Of a stretch of DNA of 64,000 bases, positions 1 through 9,708 are shown in pieces; position 1 is the stretch's first letter; every line of letters starts with the position of its first letter. A program made the position numbers and the translations under genes. The stretch lies in the sequence record MK962753.1; one strand, 5' to 3'. The notes beneath the pieces were generated by a model. That model was not told where the DNA came from. It did no database searches and saw only the letters and a list, made by a program, of their open reading frames with translations. The DNA comes from Shigella phage JK32.

Positions 1-1733
1 TTTGGAACAACCGTTACATCGTCGGAGATCAACACCCTAACCGCTTCTGACATTTTAGAAACTCGATGTTCACCGAATCCAGCCGATACACGGCATGTAT
101 AAACGCCAGTAGATGTTAATTGTGCATGATCTTCGCCATATACATTTCGTTGTTCAATTCCTGCTGGGAAAAGATCCTCACCATCTTTAAACCAACGGTA
201 ACGAACTGGCAAAGCATCATTAGACGTTGCCTTGATGGTAAGCGCCCATTGTCCACCGGAGCGAACTTTAACTGCTTTCGGTTGTACAGTGATCTCTAAC
301 GTTGCCTTTGAGTTATCAACTGTCACCTGAACTGCATTAGACTCAGCCGAAATTCTGTGATTCTGGATACCCATAGAAACTTTACATTTATATTGACCTT
401 CGTCTGCTTTAGTGATTGAGGAAAAATGCAAAGTTTTAGATGTTTTTCCAGGAATCAACTCATCATTTTTATACCACTGATAATCAAGTTTATAATGTTC
501 GTAGTCTGTCTCTGCTTCACAAATAAGAGTTTGTGAGGAACTAACTCGAACATTGGTTAACTGCTGTGGTTGTTGAGTGATTCGAATTGTTGGCGCAGCA
601 CCGACAAGAAGATCCGCTTCTTGTGATTCTGAAACCATATTATCACCGTAAGTCACTTTTGCTTTATATTTCGCCTGATTTAATTCCGCAGTTGCTGGTG
701 CAATGTGGAGATCTTTATTAGTTGCGCCAACAATTGGTTTAAATTCATCTTCACCATTTTTCTTGATGTACCATTGAACTTTTACTGGTTCATAGTTTGT
801 TGCATAATCAACACTGAACAAACCTAAAGCACCAGCACCCACATTTATTGTGAGTGGTTGTTTAGTGAATCGAAAGAACGATCGACCTTCGACTGTAACG
901 TGACAATCTTTTGAATAGATCGTTGTTTCTGCTTGACGAACTTCAAGACGCCATACACCCTCGTCTTTTTTCGTGACGTGGGTTATAGTTAATGCAGTGC
1001 CGTCTTGATCCAACACCATCCTATCGTTGTGAATCCACACATATGATAAAGGACGAGTTTTGTCATCGGTTGTCACCTGTGCTTGTAGTTCAAGTCTTCC
1101 ATCTTCTGGAACTGTAACCGCTGATGGGTAATGTTCCTGAATATGAACTTTAGGAGCATCTTTATTTTGTTCCACTACTACAGGACTGATCCAATAGTGA
1201 GAACGTGCATCATCGGTAACAAATACCTTACAAGTATAGTTGCCAAAATCCTCATAACCAACTCGATCTACATGCACGTTTTTTTGACGGATTTTATCTG
1301 GATTTAACTGAATGTGGTTTTTATACCAAATAGTATCAAATTGCTTGTTATCTTCGATGAACGGAGTAACAAAAATATCCAATTCTTCGCCTAAACGCTT
1401 ATAAATGTAGGTCGGAGATTGATCCTGTGGTGCAAGGAAGGTGCGACGTTCAACAAGAATAGGCTTAATATCAACCGATTCAAGCGGATTATCTTTCAGC
1501 TTAACTTTCGCTGTATACGTGCCGAATTGATCTTGAGTCATTTCAGCAATATACAGAGATTGATCTGGTTCTGCAACCTGATCTGATGGTACGCTTTGAC
1601 CGTTTAGCTTCCATTCTACGATATAGTCTTTAAAATCTGCGGTACTTACTACGAGCTTAAGAACAAGTTCATGTCCTACAGACGCGTAGACCGGACCCAT
1701 AGTTTGATGTAAAATATTGATTTTATCAGACAT
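1..1733 (-). CDS. hoc: Hoc-like capsid decoration protein with tandem Ig-like domains (partial; C-terminus runs off window start)
   Basis: Open frame from ATG at 1733 to the window edge, SD AGAGGA upstream; repeated ~90-aa units with W-Y/F-K-N ... Y-x-C-x-V pattern; absent from ORF track because no stop in window; sits beside uvsW as in T4. Confidence 0.5.
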   Translation of the reverse strand, partial: MSDKINILHQTMGPVYASVGHELVLKLVVSTADFKDYIVEWKLNGQSVPSDQVAEPDQSLYIAEMTQDQFGTYTAKVKLKDNPLESVDIKPILVERRTFLAPQDQSPTYIYKRLGEELDIFVTPFIEDNKQFDTIWYKNHIQLNPDKIRQKNVHVDRVGYEDFGNYTCKVFVTDDARSHYWISPVVVEQNKDAPKVHIQEHYPSAVTVPEDGRLELQAQVTTDDKTRPLSYVWIHNDRMVLDQDGTALTITHVTKKDEGVWRLEVRQAETTIYSKDCHVTVEGRSFFRFTKQPLTINVGAGALGLFSVDYATNYEPVKVQWYIKKNGEDEFKPIVGATNKDLHIAPATAELNQAKYKAKVTYGDNMVSESQEADLLVGAAPTIRITQQPQQLTNVRVSSSQTLICEAETDYEHYKLDYQWYKNDELIPGKTSKTLHFSSITKADEGQYKCKVSMGIQNHRISAESNAVQVTVDNSKATLEITVQPKAVKVRSGGQWALTIKATSNDALPVRYRWFKDGEDLFPAGIEQRNVYGEDHAQLTSTGVYTCRVSAGFGEHRVSKMSEAVRVLISDDVTVVP

Positions 1734-1811
1734 GTAATATCCTCTTTTTTAATTGCATAACGGAACTACAATTAAAAACATAACAAATATTTCACAACTT
1801 TTACACTCTTA

Positions 1812-2537
1812 TTATTTAAGCGTGTGGAATTGGCTGTGTTTAGTCTCTCGCACCTTGACAGACCCATCGCGTTTGATATAATAGATCAGTGACTTGAGGG
1901 TGTCGTGTACATACGCGTGCGGGAAACGTTCTGGATACTTCTTCCAATCTGGAGTATTAACGATCCAGTCGAAAATCCACCACGGGCAGGAGTAGTAACC
2001 ACGACCGCCACCGATCAAGCAAATGGTCGGACGGAAACCAGTAAGATCGCAAAATGAGTCAGTGTCATGTGCTGGGGAACGATGCTCTGCTTCGTCAGAG
2101 AAAATGTTTGCTACCGGAGATTCCGCTTTAACTTCCGATGCTTCTTCAAAATCTAACTTAACTTCTTCGACCACTGGTTCAACTGCTGGAGATTCTTCTT
2201 TTGTTTCTTCAATGACGATCTCAGGTTCTTTCATTGCTTCAACCAGAGACGGATCAACTTCGTCGAATACCACTTTATCATCTGCGGTGTCTGCTGCCAG
2301 AATAAGATCGTTAATACTGGTTCCCTCTTCTGGGGTTTCTTCTTCCATTTCGGACGCCAGTTTAGTTAATTCGGTTTCTACGAACTCGATCATATTCTCT
2401 AGCGAGAGCGTCTTTTTGACCTTGATATCAAATTGTTTTGCGTAGTCCGCTAATTCTGTTTTAGCGGTTTTCTGTGCTTCTTTGTCGTCGGACGCCGCAA
2501 TAGCGCGGAGTTCTTCGAAATATTCTTTATCAAACAT
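1812..2537 (-). CDS. hypothetical protein, acidic central region and Cys/Trp-rich C-terminus (positional counterpart of T4 inh, unverified)
   Basis: 241-aa ORF, SD AGGAGAA 6 nt upstream of ATG. Confidence 0.5.
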   Translation of the reverse strand: MFDKEYFEELRAIAASDDKEAQKTAKTELADYAKQFDIKVKKTLSLENMIEFVETELTKLASEMEEETPEEGTSINDLILAADTADDKVVFDEVDPSLVEAMKEPEIVIEETKEESPAVEPVVEEVKLDFEEASEVKAESPVANIFSDEAEHRSPAHDTDSFCDLTGFRPTICLIGGGRGYYSCPWWIFDWIVNTPDWKKYPERFPHAYVHDTLKSLIYYIKRDGSVKVRETKHSQFHTLK

Positions 2538-2563
2538 GTTATTCTCCTGATTGGGGGTGTTTG

Positions 2564-2571
2564 TATAAATA
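2564..2571 (+). promoter_or_regulatory. T4-type late promoter box TATAAATA upstream of uvsW
   Basis: Exact TATAAATA ~37 nt upstream of uvsW ATG. Confidence 0.5.
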
Positions 2572-2607
2572 TTTGTATACTGTATTTATTGAGTGAGGCT
2601 ATTCGCT

Positions 2608-4110
2608 ATGCAAGATATTAAAATTCACTTTCTGAACTACTCTCATGTTCAAATTGAATGTAGCGATTCAATTTTATTAGAAATGCGAGATTATTTTAGT
2701 TTTGAAGTCGAGGGAGCGCGGTTTCAAAAAAGATTTAAGTATGGTGGATGGGATGGGCGTATTCGTCTTTTAGATTACAATGGAAAGCTGCCAATCGGCC
2801 TAACTAAAACCGTGGGAATCTTCGCTAAAAATATGGGCTATAGCGTATGGGTAGACCCTCGCTTATTCGAAAAAGAACAAGTTACAGAAGAAGAAATTAC
2901 AAAATGGTGTAATGATCTGGAATTATATTCCGGTGCTAACAGGATCACCCCGCATTGGTATCAATCAAAGGCTGTCTTTGAAGGTATTCATCATAAACGC
3001 CGTATGTTAGTTTTGCCTACGTCCGCTGGTAAATCTGCGATTGCTTGTATGTTGTCTCGCTGGTACTTAGAGAACTACGAAGGGAAAGTGCTGATCATCG
3101 TTCCTACCACGTCGCTAGTGCTGCAAATGCGTGATGATTTTGTTGATTATCGCCAGTTTCCTTATGAAGCAATTCATACTATCATGAGCGGTACTAGTAA
3201 ACACGTAGGTGATCGCCTGATCGTTGTTAGTACATGGCAATCTGCATGTAAACAGCCTCGTGAGTGGTTCCAACAATTTGGGATGGTAATTGTTGATGAA
3301 TGTCACAAGGCCACTGCTAAAAACCTGCTAAACATCGTTACTGATATGGATCATTGCCAATTTAAGATCGGCATGACTGGTTCCCCTCGTGACGGGAAAG
3401 CTAACATGATGCAGTATGTCGGGCTTTTCGGTGATATTTCTAAGATCGTGAGTATTGACCGCCTGATGGAAGAAGGTCAAGTGACAAAACTGAAAATTAA
3501 CTGTCTTTTCCTTCGTTATACCGATGAGGAATGTAGCGCGGTTAAGGGGAGAGAATATGCGGAAGAGATCAAGTATATTACATCTAACCCACGACGAAAT
3601 AAGTTTGCTTGCAATTTGGCGCTAAAACTCGCTAAGAAGGGCGAAAACGTATTCCTTATGTTCCGCAATACTAAGCACGGAAAACTTATGTATGACGCGT
3701 TACAGAAGGTACACGACAAGGTTTATTATATTGACGGTGGAGTTAAGACAGAAGAACGTGATGAATTTAAGAAAATGGCGGAGGGTGACACCGGGATCAT
3801 TTGTGTTGCGTCTTATGGTGTGTTCTCTACTGGTGTTTCCATCAAGAACTTGCACCATGTTATTTTCGGGCATCCAGTTAAAGAATCAACCATTGTTAGA
3901 CAGAGTATCGGTCGTGCATTGCGTAAACATGGTTCTAAGGATATTGCTACCGTTTGGGATCTTATCGATCATTTGGCGGTTAAGACAAAGAGCAAGAATG
4001 CTAAGAAACAGTTTAGCCACCTTAATTATGCTCTTAAACATGCGCTTTTGAGGATACAGCTTTACAATACCGATAAATTTGAGTATGCTACCAAGACTAT
4101 AGAAATCTAA
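2608..4110 (+). CDS. uvsW: UvsW DNA/RNA helicase (SF2)
   Basis: Strong similarity to remembered T4 UvsW along whole length (LPTSAGKS Walker A, DECH box); first ATG at 2608, track start 2593 is GTG. Confidence 0.9.
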   Translation: MQDIKIHFLNYSHVQIECSDSILLEMRDYFSFEVEGARFQKRFKYGGWDGRIRLLDYNGKLPIGLTKTVGIFAKNMGYSVWVDPRLFEKEQVTEEEITKWCNDLELYSGANRITPHWYQSKAVFEGIHHKRRMLVLPTSAGKSAIACMLSRWYLENYEGKVLIIVPTTSLVLQMRDDFVDYRQFPYEAIHTIMSGTSKHVGDRLIVVSTWQSACKQPREWFQQFGMVIVDECHKATAKNLLNIVTDMDHCQFKIGMTGSPRDGKANMMQYVGLFGDISKIVSIDRLMEEGQVTKLKINCLFLRYTDEECSAVKGREYAEEIKYITSNPRRNKFACNLALKLAKKGENVFLMFRNTKHGKLMYDALQKVHDKVYYIDGGVKTEERDEFKKMAEGDTGIICVASYGVFSTGVSIKNLHHVIFGHPVKESTIVRQSIGRALRKHGSKDIATVWDLIDHLAVKTKSKNAKKQFSHLNYALKHALLRIQLYNTDKFEYATKTIEI

Positions 4111-4158
4111 TGATACAAAAATACCCCGCGCTATGCGGGGTATGGAGGAAAGAAAATC

Positions 4159-5244
4159 ATGGAACTTGTATTTGCTAAAGATATAGAATTTGTAAAGAAA
4201 ACAAACAATAAGTCCCCTCAATATTATGAAGACCTTATTATCAAACGCTGTGCTGATCTGAAACTTAACTTTGATGGATTTATTCTTCCGTGGACTGGTG
4301 CTAAGACTAAATTAATTATATCAAATCCAGAAAACGGTTTGACACAGACAATAAATGTTAACAGAATGATAACTTCTACAAATCCAGGTGACAAACTAAA
4401 ACGAGCAAATGAATTGCACTACAAGTCAGAAGCAACAAAATATCTGTTAAACGCTGGTCTTGAATTTATTGGTTGGAATGGGGAATATAATAAAAGTAAT
4501 TCTCTGTCTACATGGTGCGACGCTAAATGTTTGATTCATGGAACTACTCATCGATATTTATTGCGAACTATAGTTCAGCATAAAGATATGGTAAAGACAA
4601 AATGTGTTGAATGTTATCGGATCAATGAATTGACGGAAAAATACGGTAGTGTTGATGCAGCAATAGAAGACCAAGAAAAGCGAGTTTTCGATATTGTTTC
4701 TAAGTTGGGGTATGAAATAAAACATTTCACTGGAGACCGATTGAGAGACAGCGAAACTGATGTAGTTCTATATTGCCCTAAACATGATGTTGAGTTTAGT
4801 CGAAATGTTTGCGACCTGGTTTATAAGAAATTTGTATACTGTCCTACATGCATTTCTGTTAATAAAGGAATGAGAAGTGGAATAATCCATTCCTCCAATA
4901 TAGGGGCATCTAAACCGACTTCAATCTATTTGCAAAATTTGAGCGATAAGTTTTGTAAGTTTGGCGTTAGCGTTCGCCCAAAAGTTAGGATGTATGAGCA
5001 ACAAAAAGTTTCTCAATATAACCACTCTCTTGTGTATGTTCACACTTTCGAAAAAGGCTGGATGGCTGCCGATGTGGAATATGGGATAAAACTTAACTTT
5101 AAAGGGCGTGGTGCTAGCCCTACAGCCGTTCCTGATGGGTATACGGAAACGAGAGATATTAGTATGCTCGATAGTATAAAACAGTTTATAGAAAACTATA
5201 TAAGAGAGAATCCAGAAAATCCTCTATACCTAACAGAAATTTAA
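4159..5244 (+). CDS. zinc-ribbon repeat protein with GIY-YIG/T5orf172-like C-terminus (putative homing-endonuclease-like accessory gene)
   Basis: 361-aa ORF, SD GGAGGAAAG; several CxxC...CxxC pairs; C-terminal PDGYTET motif shared with ORF 39536..40774. Confidence 0.7.
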   Translation: MELVFAKDIEFVKKTNNKSPQYYEDLIIKRCADLKLNFDGFILPWTGAKTKLIISNPENGLTQTINVNRMITSTNPGDKLKRANELHYKSEATKYLLNAGLEFIGWNGEYNKSNSLSTWCDAKCLIHGTTHRYLLRTIVQHKDMVKTKCVECYRINELTEKYGSVDAAIEDQEKRVFDIVSKLGYEIKHFTGDRLRDSETDVVLYCPKHDVEFSRNVCDLVYKKFVYCPTCISVNKGMRSGIIHSSNIGASKPTSIYLQNLSDKFCKFGVSVRPKVRMYEQQKVSQYNHSLVYVHTFEKGWMAADVEYGIKLNFKGRGASPTAVPDGYTETRDISMLDSIKQFIENYIRENPENPLYLTEI

Positions 5245-5249
5245 TAAAT

Positions 5250-5275
5250 AGGGGCATATAGCCCCTATATTTTTA
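5250..5275 (+). terminator. rho-independent terminator
   Basis: Hairpin AGGGGCATATAGCCCCT followed by T-rich run. Confidence 0.6.
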
Positions 5276-5289
5276 CGGAGATTAAAATA

Positions 5290-5529
5290 ATGAGTATTAG
5301 CTTTAAAAGATTCCTTGTAGAAGCGGTTATTGATGGTTTCATGAATAAAATCTATTCTTGTAATACTATGGAAGGTTTGGACGAGCTTGAAAAATATTAT
5401 GAAAAGCGCAAGAAAGAGACCGATCTCAAACCGTCAGATGATATCTCTATTCGTGATGCAATAGCAGGTCGGAGAAAACAGTTAGAGAGTGAAAACGAGC
5501 CGGAGGAGGAGCCGGAAGAGGATTTTTAA
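5290..5529 (+). CDS. small acidic protein (uvsW.1-like by position)
   Basis: 79-aa ORF with SD GGAG; acidic C-terminal tail. Confidence 0.55.
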   Translation: MSISFKRFLVEAVIDGFMNKIYSCNTMEGLDELEKYYEKRKKETDLKPSDDISIRDAIAGRRKQLESENEPEEEPEEDF

Positions 5530-5544
5530 TAAATCATCGGATAC

Positions 5545-5571
5545 AAAAAAAAGCCCCATCAATGATGGGGC
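5545..5571 (-). terminator. rho-independent terminator (bidirectional hairpin)
   Basis: Hairpin GCCCCATCAATGATGGGGC flanked by A8 on plus, giving a U-run on minus. Confidence 0.6.
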
Positions 5572-5609
5572 AAACAAAACCAATTAAAATCGGTTATCAA
5601 CAAATTCCT

Positions 5610-5783
5610 TTAGAGAATCAAAGTAGTTTCTACCAGTTGTTCTTGTTCTTCTGCACTTGATTCGCTCAAATGATTCCGGTTTGCAAATTCTTCGCAATAT
5701 CCCGGATGAACAACATGATTTTCGATTTTAACAGCCAACGCCATTTCGACTGGCTGTTTACATACAGCACAAATACAAGTCAT
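5610..5783 (-). CDS. small Cys-containing protein (uvsY.-2-like by position)
   Basis: ORF with strong SD AGGAGGAAGG before the second ATG (5783); track ORF extends to 5801. Confidence 0.5.
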   Translation of the reverse strand: MTCICAVCKQPVEMALAVKIENHVVHPGYCEEFANRNHLSESSAEEQEQLVETTLIL

Positions 5784-5813
5784 AAATCCTTCCTCCTGCA
5801 TATATTTAGTGTC

Positions 5814-6221
5814 TTACTTTCCAGACTCAAGCATACGCAACTCTATAGCATTCTTGATCGCGAATCCTCGCGATTTGATTATATCAAGAGCCTTGCCAGC
5901 AAAATCCATAACCATTTGATAATAAGCAATTTTTGTGTCCAATGGTAGGATATCATCATCTGCCGCCATCACAACTTTCAATTCTGATGTGGCGTACTCA
6001 ACTCTACACCATTCATCACTACGATTAGTGTAAAAGTCAAGTTTATTTTTTGTGGCTTTCTTTTTCTTTGCTTCCAGCGCAATGATCTCGCGCTTTGCTT
6101 CACTATACACACGAAGCCATTTAGAGTAAACTACAGGGTTATTAAGTGCTTCCCATTGTAGCTTTGTTGCGTCGATCTTGACGTCAGCGTCAAGCTGGTC
6201 TTTGAGTTCATTCAGGTCCAT
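5814..6221 (-). CDS. uvsY: UvsY recombination mediator
   Basis: Matches remembered T4 UvsY (KSRGFAIK C-terminus); first ATG at 6221 with SD GAGGTG, track start is TTG. Confidence 0.9.
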   Translation of the reverse strand: MDLNELKDQLDADVKIDATKLQWEALNNPVVYSKWLRVYSEAKREIIALEAKKKKATKNKLDFYTNRSDEWCRVEYATSELKVVMAADDDILPLDTKIAYYQMVMDFAGKALDIIKSRGFAIKNAIELRMLESGK

Positions 6222-6236
6222 AGTAAAACACCTCAA

Positions 6237-6623
6237 TCATTTAGACAATCTAACTCTAAGTTGTTCTAACTCATCTGGATTGTCTATAACAGAAAAATAA
6301 ACCGTTACGATAATCGAGTTCTCATCATACTGCGGAGTTACGTCTACGTCAAGCCTTTTTACTCGTGGTTCGTAGTTTCTTATCGATTCTGTGATATTCT
6401 TAGACAAGGTATCCACAGTCAATGGGTTGATGTTTTCGAATAGTGCGCGGTTTAGATCACATCCAAAGTTAGGATCAAACGGGCGAGATCCCTTAGCCGT
6501 GGTTATGATCAGCAATATGGAATCTTTAACCGCTTTAATCCCTGTGTTCTTTTTAATATCGTTGTTCCATGCTCGCTTAAACTCTAGATTTAAGTCAGTG
6601 TACATCTGGTTAACTGTTGTCAT
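6237..6623 (-). CDS. 25: baseplate wedge subunit gp25
   Basis: Matches remembered T4 gp25 (KGSRPFDP-FGCDL motif); 128 aa. Confidence 0.9.
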   Translation of the reverse strand: MTTVNQMYTDLNLEFKRAWNNDIKKNTGIKAVKDSILLIITTAKGSRPFDPNFGCDLNRALFENINPLTVDTLSKNITESIRNYEPRVKRLDVDVTPQYDENSIIVTVYFSVIDNPDELEQLRVRLSK

Positions 6624-6630
6624 AACTACC

Positions 6631-7260
6631 TCAAAGGATCGTCAGAAATTCATTAAGACCCCTGATCGAATGAATACCGGACTCCCCGCACTCACACTTG
6701 ATCGGCACTGCCAGTGTGATTTGTGGTCCTGTCAACTCATCGATGATAGTCTCTACATGTTCTGTTGTCAACATGCTTAGTATGGTGTCGAAGTCTTGCT
6801 CGTTTAGGTCATTAATATCAAATTCCTGATTATCTATGACAATATAATCAATACAAGCAATTACCATCTGCATGATATCGTCATCTTCTGTAAAACGCGG
6901 AGGACGGAATTTAATTTTAACCCCTCCTAAATCTAACAGATATGGTTCTGTGTCTGGGATCTGTGTCCGTTCAACGTTAAGATTGTATTCTTTCTCTTTG
7001 TTACATACTCCACACACCCACGTAGATTTGAAATTTTCTTTTGCTAGGCTATGACACCATAGCATAAGGAATAGATATTCAGCCTCGCACTTCTCTAGCT
7101 CTAATGCGTTAATTCCTGTACATTCATTGATAATGTCTAATACCGCTTCCTTAAGACGTCCAGTGCTCTTATATTCTACTAATTTTTGAAATTCTTCATA
7201 GGTGAATGCTCTAGCGGTGATCGTCTTATCACCTAACTTGATCTTGAAAATATGTTGCAT
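6631..7260 (-). CDS. 26: baseplate hub subunit gp26
   Basis: Size and position equal to T4 gene 26; ATG at 7260 with SD AAGAGGTG. Confidence 0.7.
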   Translation of the reverse strand: MQHIFKIKLGDKTITARAFTYEEFQKLVEYKSTGRLKEAVLDIINECTGINALELEKCEAEYLFLMLWCHSLAKENFKSTWVCGVCNKEKEYNLNVERTQIPDTEPYLLDLGGVKIKFRPPRFTEDDDIMQMVIACIDYIVIDNQEFDINDLNEQDFDTILSMLTTEHVETIIDELTGPQITLAVPIKCECGESGIHSIRGLNEFLTIL

Positions 7261-7301
7261 AGTATACACCTCTTATGATACATAGAAATTATTTAGTATT
7301 T

Positions 7302-7309
7302 TATAAATA
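7302..7309 (+). promoter_or_regulatory. late promoter box TATAAATA upstream of gene 51
   Basis: Exact TATAAATA ~21 nt upstream of ATG 7330. Confidence 0.5.
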
Positions 7310-7329
7310 CCCGAAAGGGGGATTGTATT

Positions 7330-8103
7330 ATGAATGTTATACGAATTAAAATGCCAGATGGCGGGGCTAAACGTTTTAAGCCATTCACTGTAAAAGATTA
7401 TCGTGATTTTCTTTTAGTTTCGGCTGATATGAAAGGCAATCCATCGGAGGAACAACTGATTCTGGATGAATTGCTGGAGGAATTATACCCTGATGTGGAC
7501 CCGATATTCCGAGAATATATTTTCCTGAACGTTTTTACTAGCTCAATAGGCAAAACAAAATTACCACTTTCTTTTAAGTGTCCAACCTGTGGTAAGGAAA
7601 AACGAATACTGTTAAACCTTGCTGTTCCGGCACTGCAACCAATCGTCCTAGAAACGGCTGGGCTTAAAATTAAGTTTAAGTATGTGAAACCATCAAGCGA
7701 CTACGCAAAAACGTTTCTAGAAGCTATTGAGAGCGTTTCTGACGGTGATCATGAGTATGTATGGACCGAATTGCCGGAGGAAGTGCGCGATCAGGTTATA
7801 GATTCGATATCCTTCGCAGAATTTGAAACCATAGTAAAGAAAATGCACACCATTTTGATTGAGCAGAAGATCAAATGTTGTGATACACACGAATTAAGAT
7901 ATACTGATTTGTTGGGGTTATATAAACTAATCCTTAATCCAGATGAGCTTTTTACTTTTTATAGGATTAATCATTTGCTTGTAAAAAGTAGTTATACGTT
8001 TGGTGATCTAATGGATATGTTGCCAGTAGAAAGAAATATCGCCCTAACATTAGTAGAAAAAGACGTTAAAGAGGCAAATAATGCAAAGACCCGGATTTCC
8101 TAA
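7330..8103 (+). CDS. 51: baseplate hub assembly protein gp51
   Basis: 257 aa, divergent from 26 as in T4; synteny and size. Confidence 0.7.
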   Translation: MNVIRIKMPDGGAKRFKPFTVKDYRDFLLVSADMKGNPSEEQLILDELLEELYPDVDPIFREYIFLNVFTSSIGKTKLPLSFKCPTCGKEKRILLNLAVPALQPIVLETAGLKIKFKYVKPSSDYAKTFLEAIESVSDGDHEYVWTELPEEVRDQVIDSISFAEFETIVKKMHTILIEQKIKCCDTHELRYTDLLGLYKLILNPDELFTFYRINHLLVKSSYTFGDLMDMLPVERNIALTLVEKDVKEANNAKTRIS

Positions 8104-9190
8104 CGTCTCTATAAAGCTATATCAGGACTATGAAGCATTTTTGGAAAATAGATTTGTTGAATTGGGAGCAACCTTCATTACAATGACATTACGAGATTCT
8201 CTTCGTGGTGTCAATGAAGGTCTACTACAGATCTATGATTCTAAGGCGCTTCATACGAAATTAGCAGGAACAGAGATTATACAAATTTCATTATCAACGG
8301 CTAATACTGAACAAGTATTCAACCGGATATATGGTATCGCGCATAGTAATGTGACCGTTGACTCTAAGGCCGATAATATAATAACCTTCCAGTTAAAGAG
8401 CTACCATGAAACGCTGAATCTAAAGTTTTCTCGCGCTACCGACACTAACGCGATGAATAACATCACCAGTATGATAGACGCGATCTATAAGAATGTTCCC
8501 TTGTGGAAACCTACCATTACAGGAGTAAACGTATTCATTCCTAAGTGTCCGTGGGTTAGTACCGTCAATGACTATTTTGAATATGTGAGAACACATGGTC
8601 AGAGTGTAGACAACGAATCGTTCGTTTACTGTTGGGAAGACTTTGACGGGATCAAGATCACCGATCATAAACTACTAATGCAGGGTGATCCAATTCCTGC
8701 TATCGTCACCGAGCCTACCCTAACAGGACAATTCATGGATATGAGCGAATATTTGATGGTGTTTAACTTTGAGTGGGATACTAAGAGTAATGCGGTAACA
8801 AAAAACTCATTCGCTAATGTCACTTACACAACAATTGATTTCATCACGAAGCAGTATAACAAGATTGTAGTGGGTAATGGTGATAACATAGCTCATTTTG
8901 CACATGGTGGTGCCTATGGTAATTTGACATATAAAAACGCGTATCTTGAAGGTTCTAAACTGGCAACTTTTGGACAATTTGATTCCTATGCCAGCGCGGT
9001 GTGTCATGGTAATTTCTCTCTACGTCCGGCACAAAAGCTAAGATTCTTTGATGCTAAACAGCAAATTCGCACCGACTTTATTGTCGATGAAGTTGTTCAT
9101 GAAATTTGTCGAGAACAATCATTAACACATATTCACATGTTTAGTCATAGTGAGATTTTGAAAGATGTACAATTTGAAGGTAAAATGTGA
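8081..9190 (+). CDS. 27: baseplate hub subunit gp27
   Basis: 369 aa; synteny and size (T4 gp27 391 aa). Confidence 0.7.
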   Translation: MQRPGFPNVSIKLYQDYEAFLENRFVELGATFITMTLRDSLRGVNEGLLQIYDSKALHTKLAGTEIIQISLSTANTEQVFNRIYGIAHSNVTVDSKADNIITFQLKSYHETLNLKFSRATDTNAMNNITSMIDAIYKNVPLWKPTITGVNVFIPKCPWVSTVNDYFEYVRTHGQSVDNESFVYCWEDFDGIKITDHKLLMQGDPIPAIVTEPTLTGQFMDMSEYLMVFNFEWDTKSNAVTKNSFANVTYTTIDFITKQYNKIVVGNGDNIAHFAHGGAYGNLTYKNAYLEGSKLATFGQFDSYASAVCHGNFSLRPAQKLRFFDAKQQIRTDFIVDEVVHEICREQSLTHIHMFSHSEILKDVQFEGKM

Positions 9191-9708
9191 TGACTGATAC
9201 TAAACCATCTCTAAAATTTGTTGTTCCTGTTAAAAATATTACCGTTAACGGGAAACATATCAAGATCCCTAAAATGGGGATCAAACAGCACAGATTATTA
9301 AAAGATGTTCGTAGCTGTGAAGAGACTTTAAAAATTCTACTTGATTCCATTCACCCAGGACTAAATGCAGCCGAAGCAGAATATGTTATGCTTCACTTAT
9401 GCTCTTTTAATGGCAAATGCCTAGAAGAAAAAGATGGTTTGCGATTGGATGATGTTTATATCTGTACAGAATCGGAGTTTGAATTTAATGGCGAGAAATT
9501 CAAGTTCACGCCTCCTATGCTCTCTTCTGAATATACACATGATGATGCAAATTTCCTAAGCAATCACTATCACGATCCTAGTGTAGACTTTCATAAATTC
9601 CCAGCGTTTATTATGAATTGGGCTACAGGATTAAGAAAAACCGTTGCCTTAGATACTCCAGAAGGTACTATCTATGGTGGCATTAACATATTGGATCGCC
9701 TATCATGA
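9190..9708 (+). CDS. 28: baseplate hub distal subunit gp28
   Basis: ~172 aa; ATG overlaps gp27 stop (TGATG). Confidence 0.65.
   Translation: MTDTKPSLKFVVPVKNITVNGKHIKIPKMGIKQHRLLKDVRSCEETLKILLDSIHPGLNAAEAEYVMLHLCSFNGKCLEEKDGLRLDDVYICTESEFEFNGEKFKFTPPMLSSEYTHDDANFLSNHYHDPSVDFHKFPAFIMNWATGLRKTVALDTPEGTIYGGINILDRLS

Noticed and set aside
2023-2445. Plus-strand 140-aa ORF, and many similar antisense ORFs in the track (e.g. 16289..16891, 35019..35486, 37929..38345, 62174..62623, 62809..63156)
   Set aside because: Each is fully embedded antisense within a well-supported gene, has low-complexity composition and lacks start signals; treated as spurious.
4117-4141. Hairpin CCCCGCGCTATGCGGGG after uvsW as a plus-strand terminator
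   Set aside because: No U-run follows on the plus strand (the T-run is on the minus strand); it may stabilise the uvsW transcript or block antisense transcription, but it is not a convincing terminator for uvsW.
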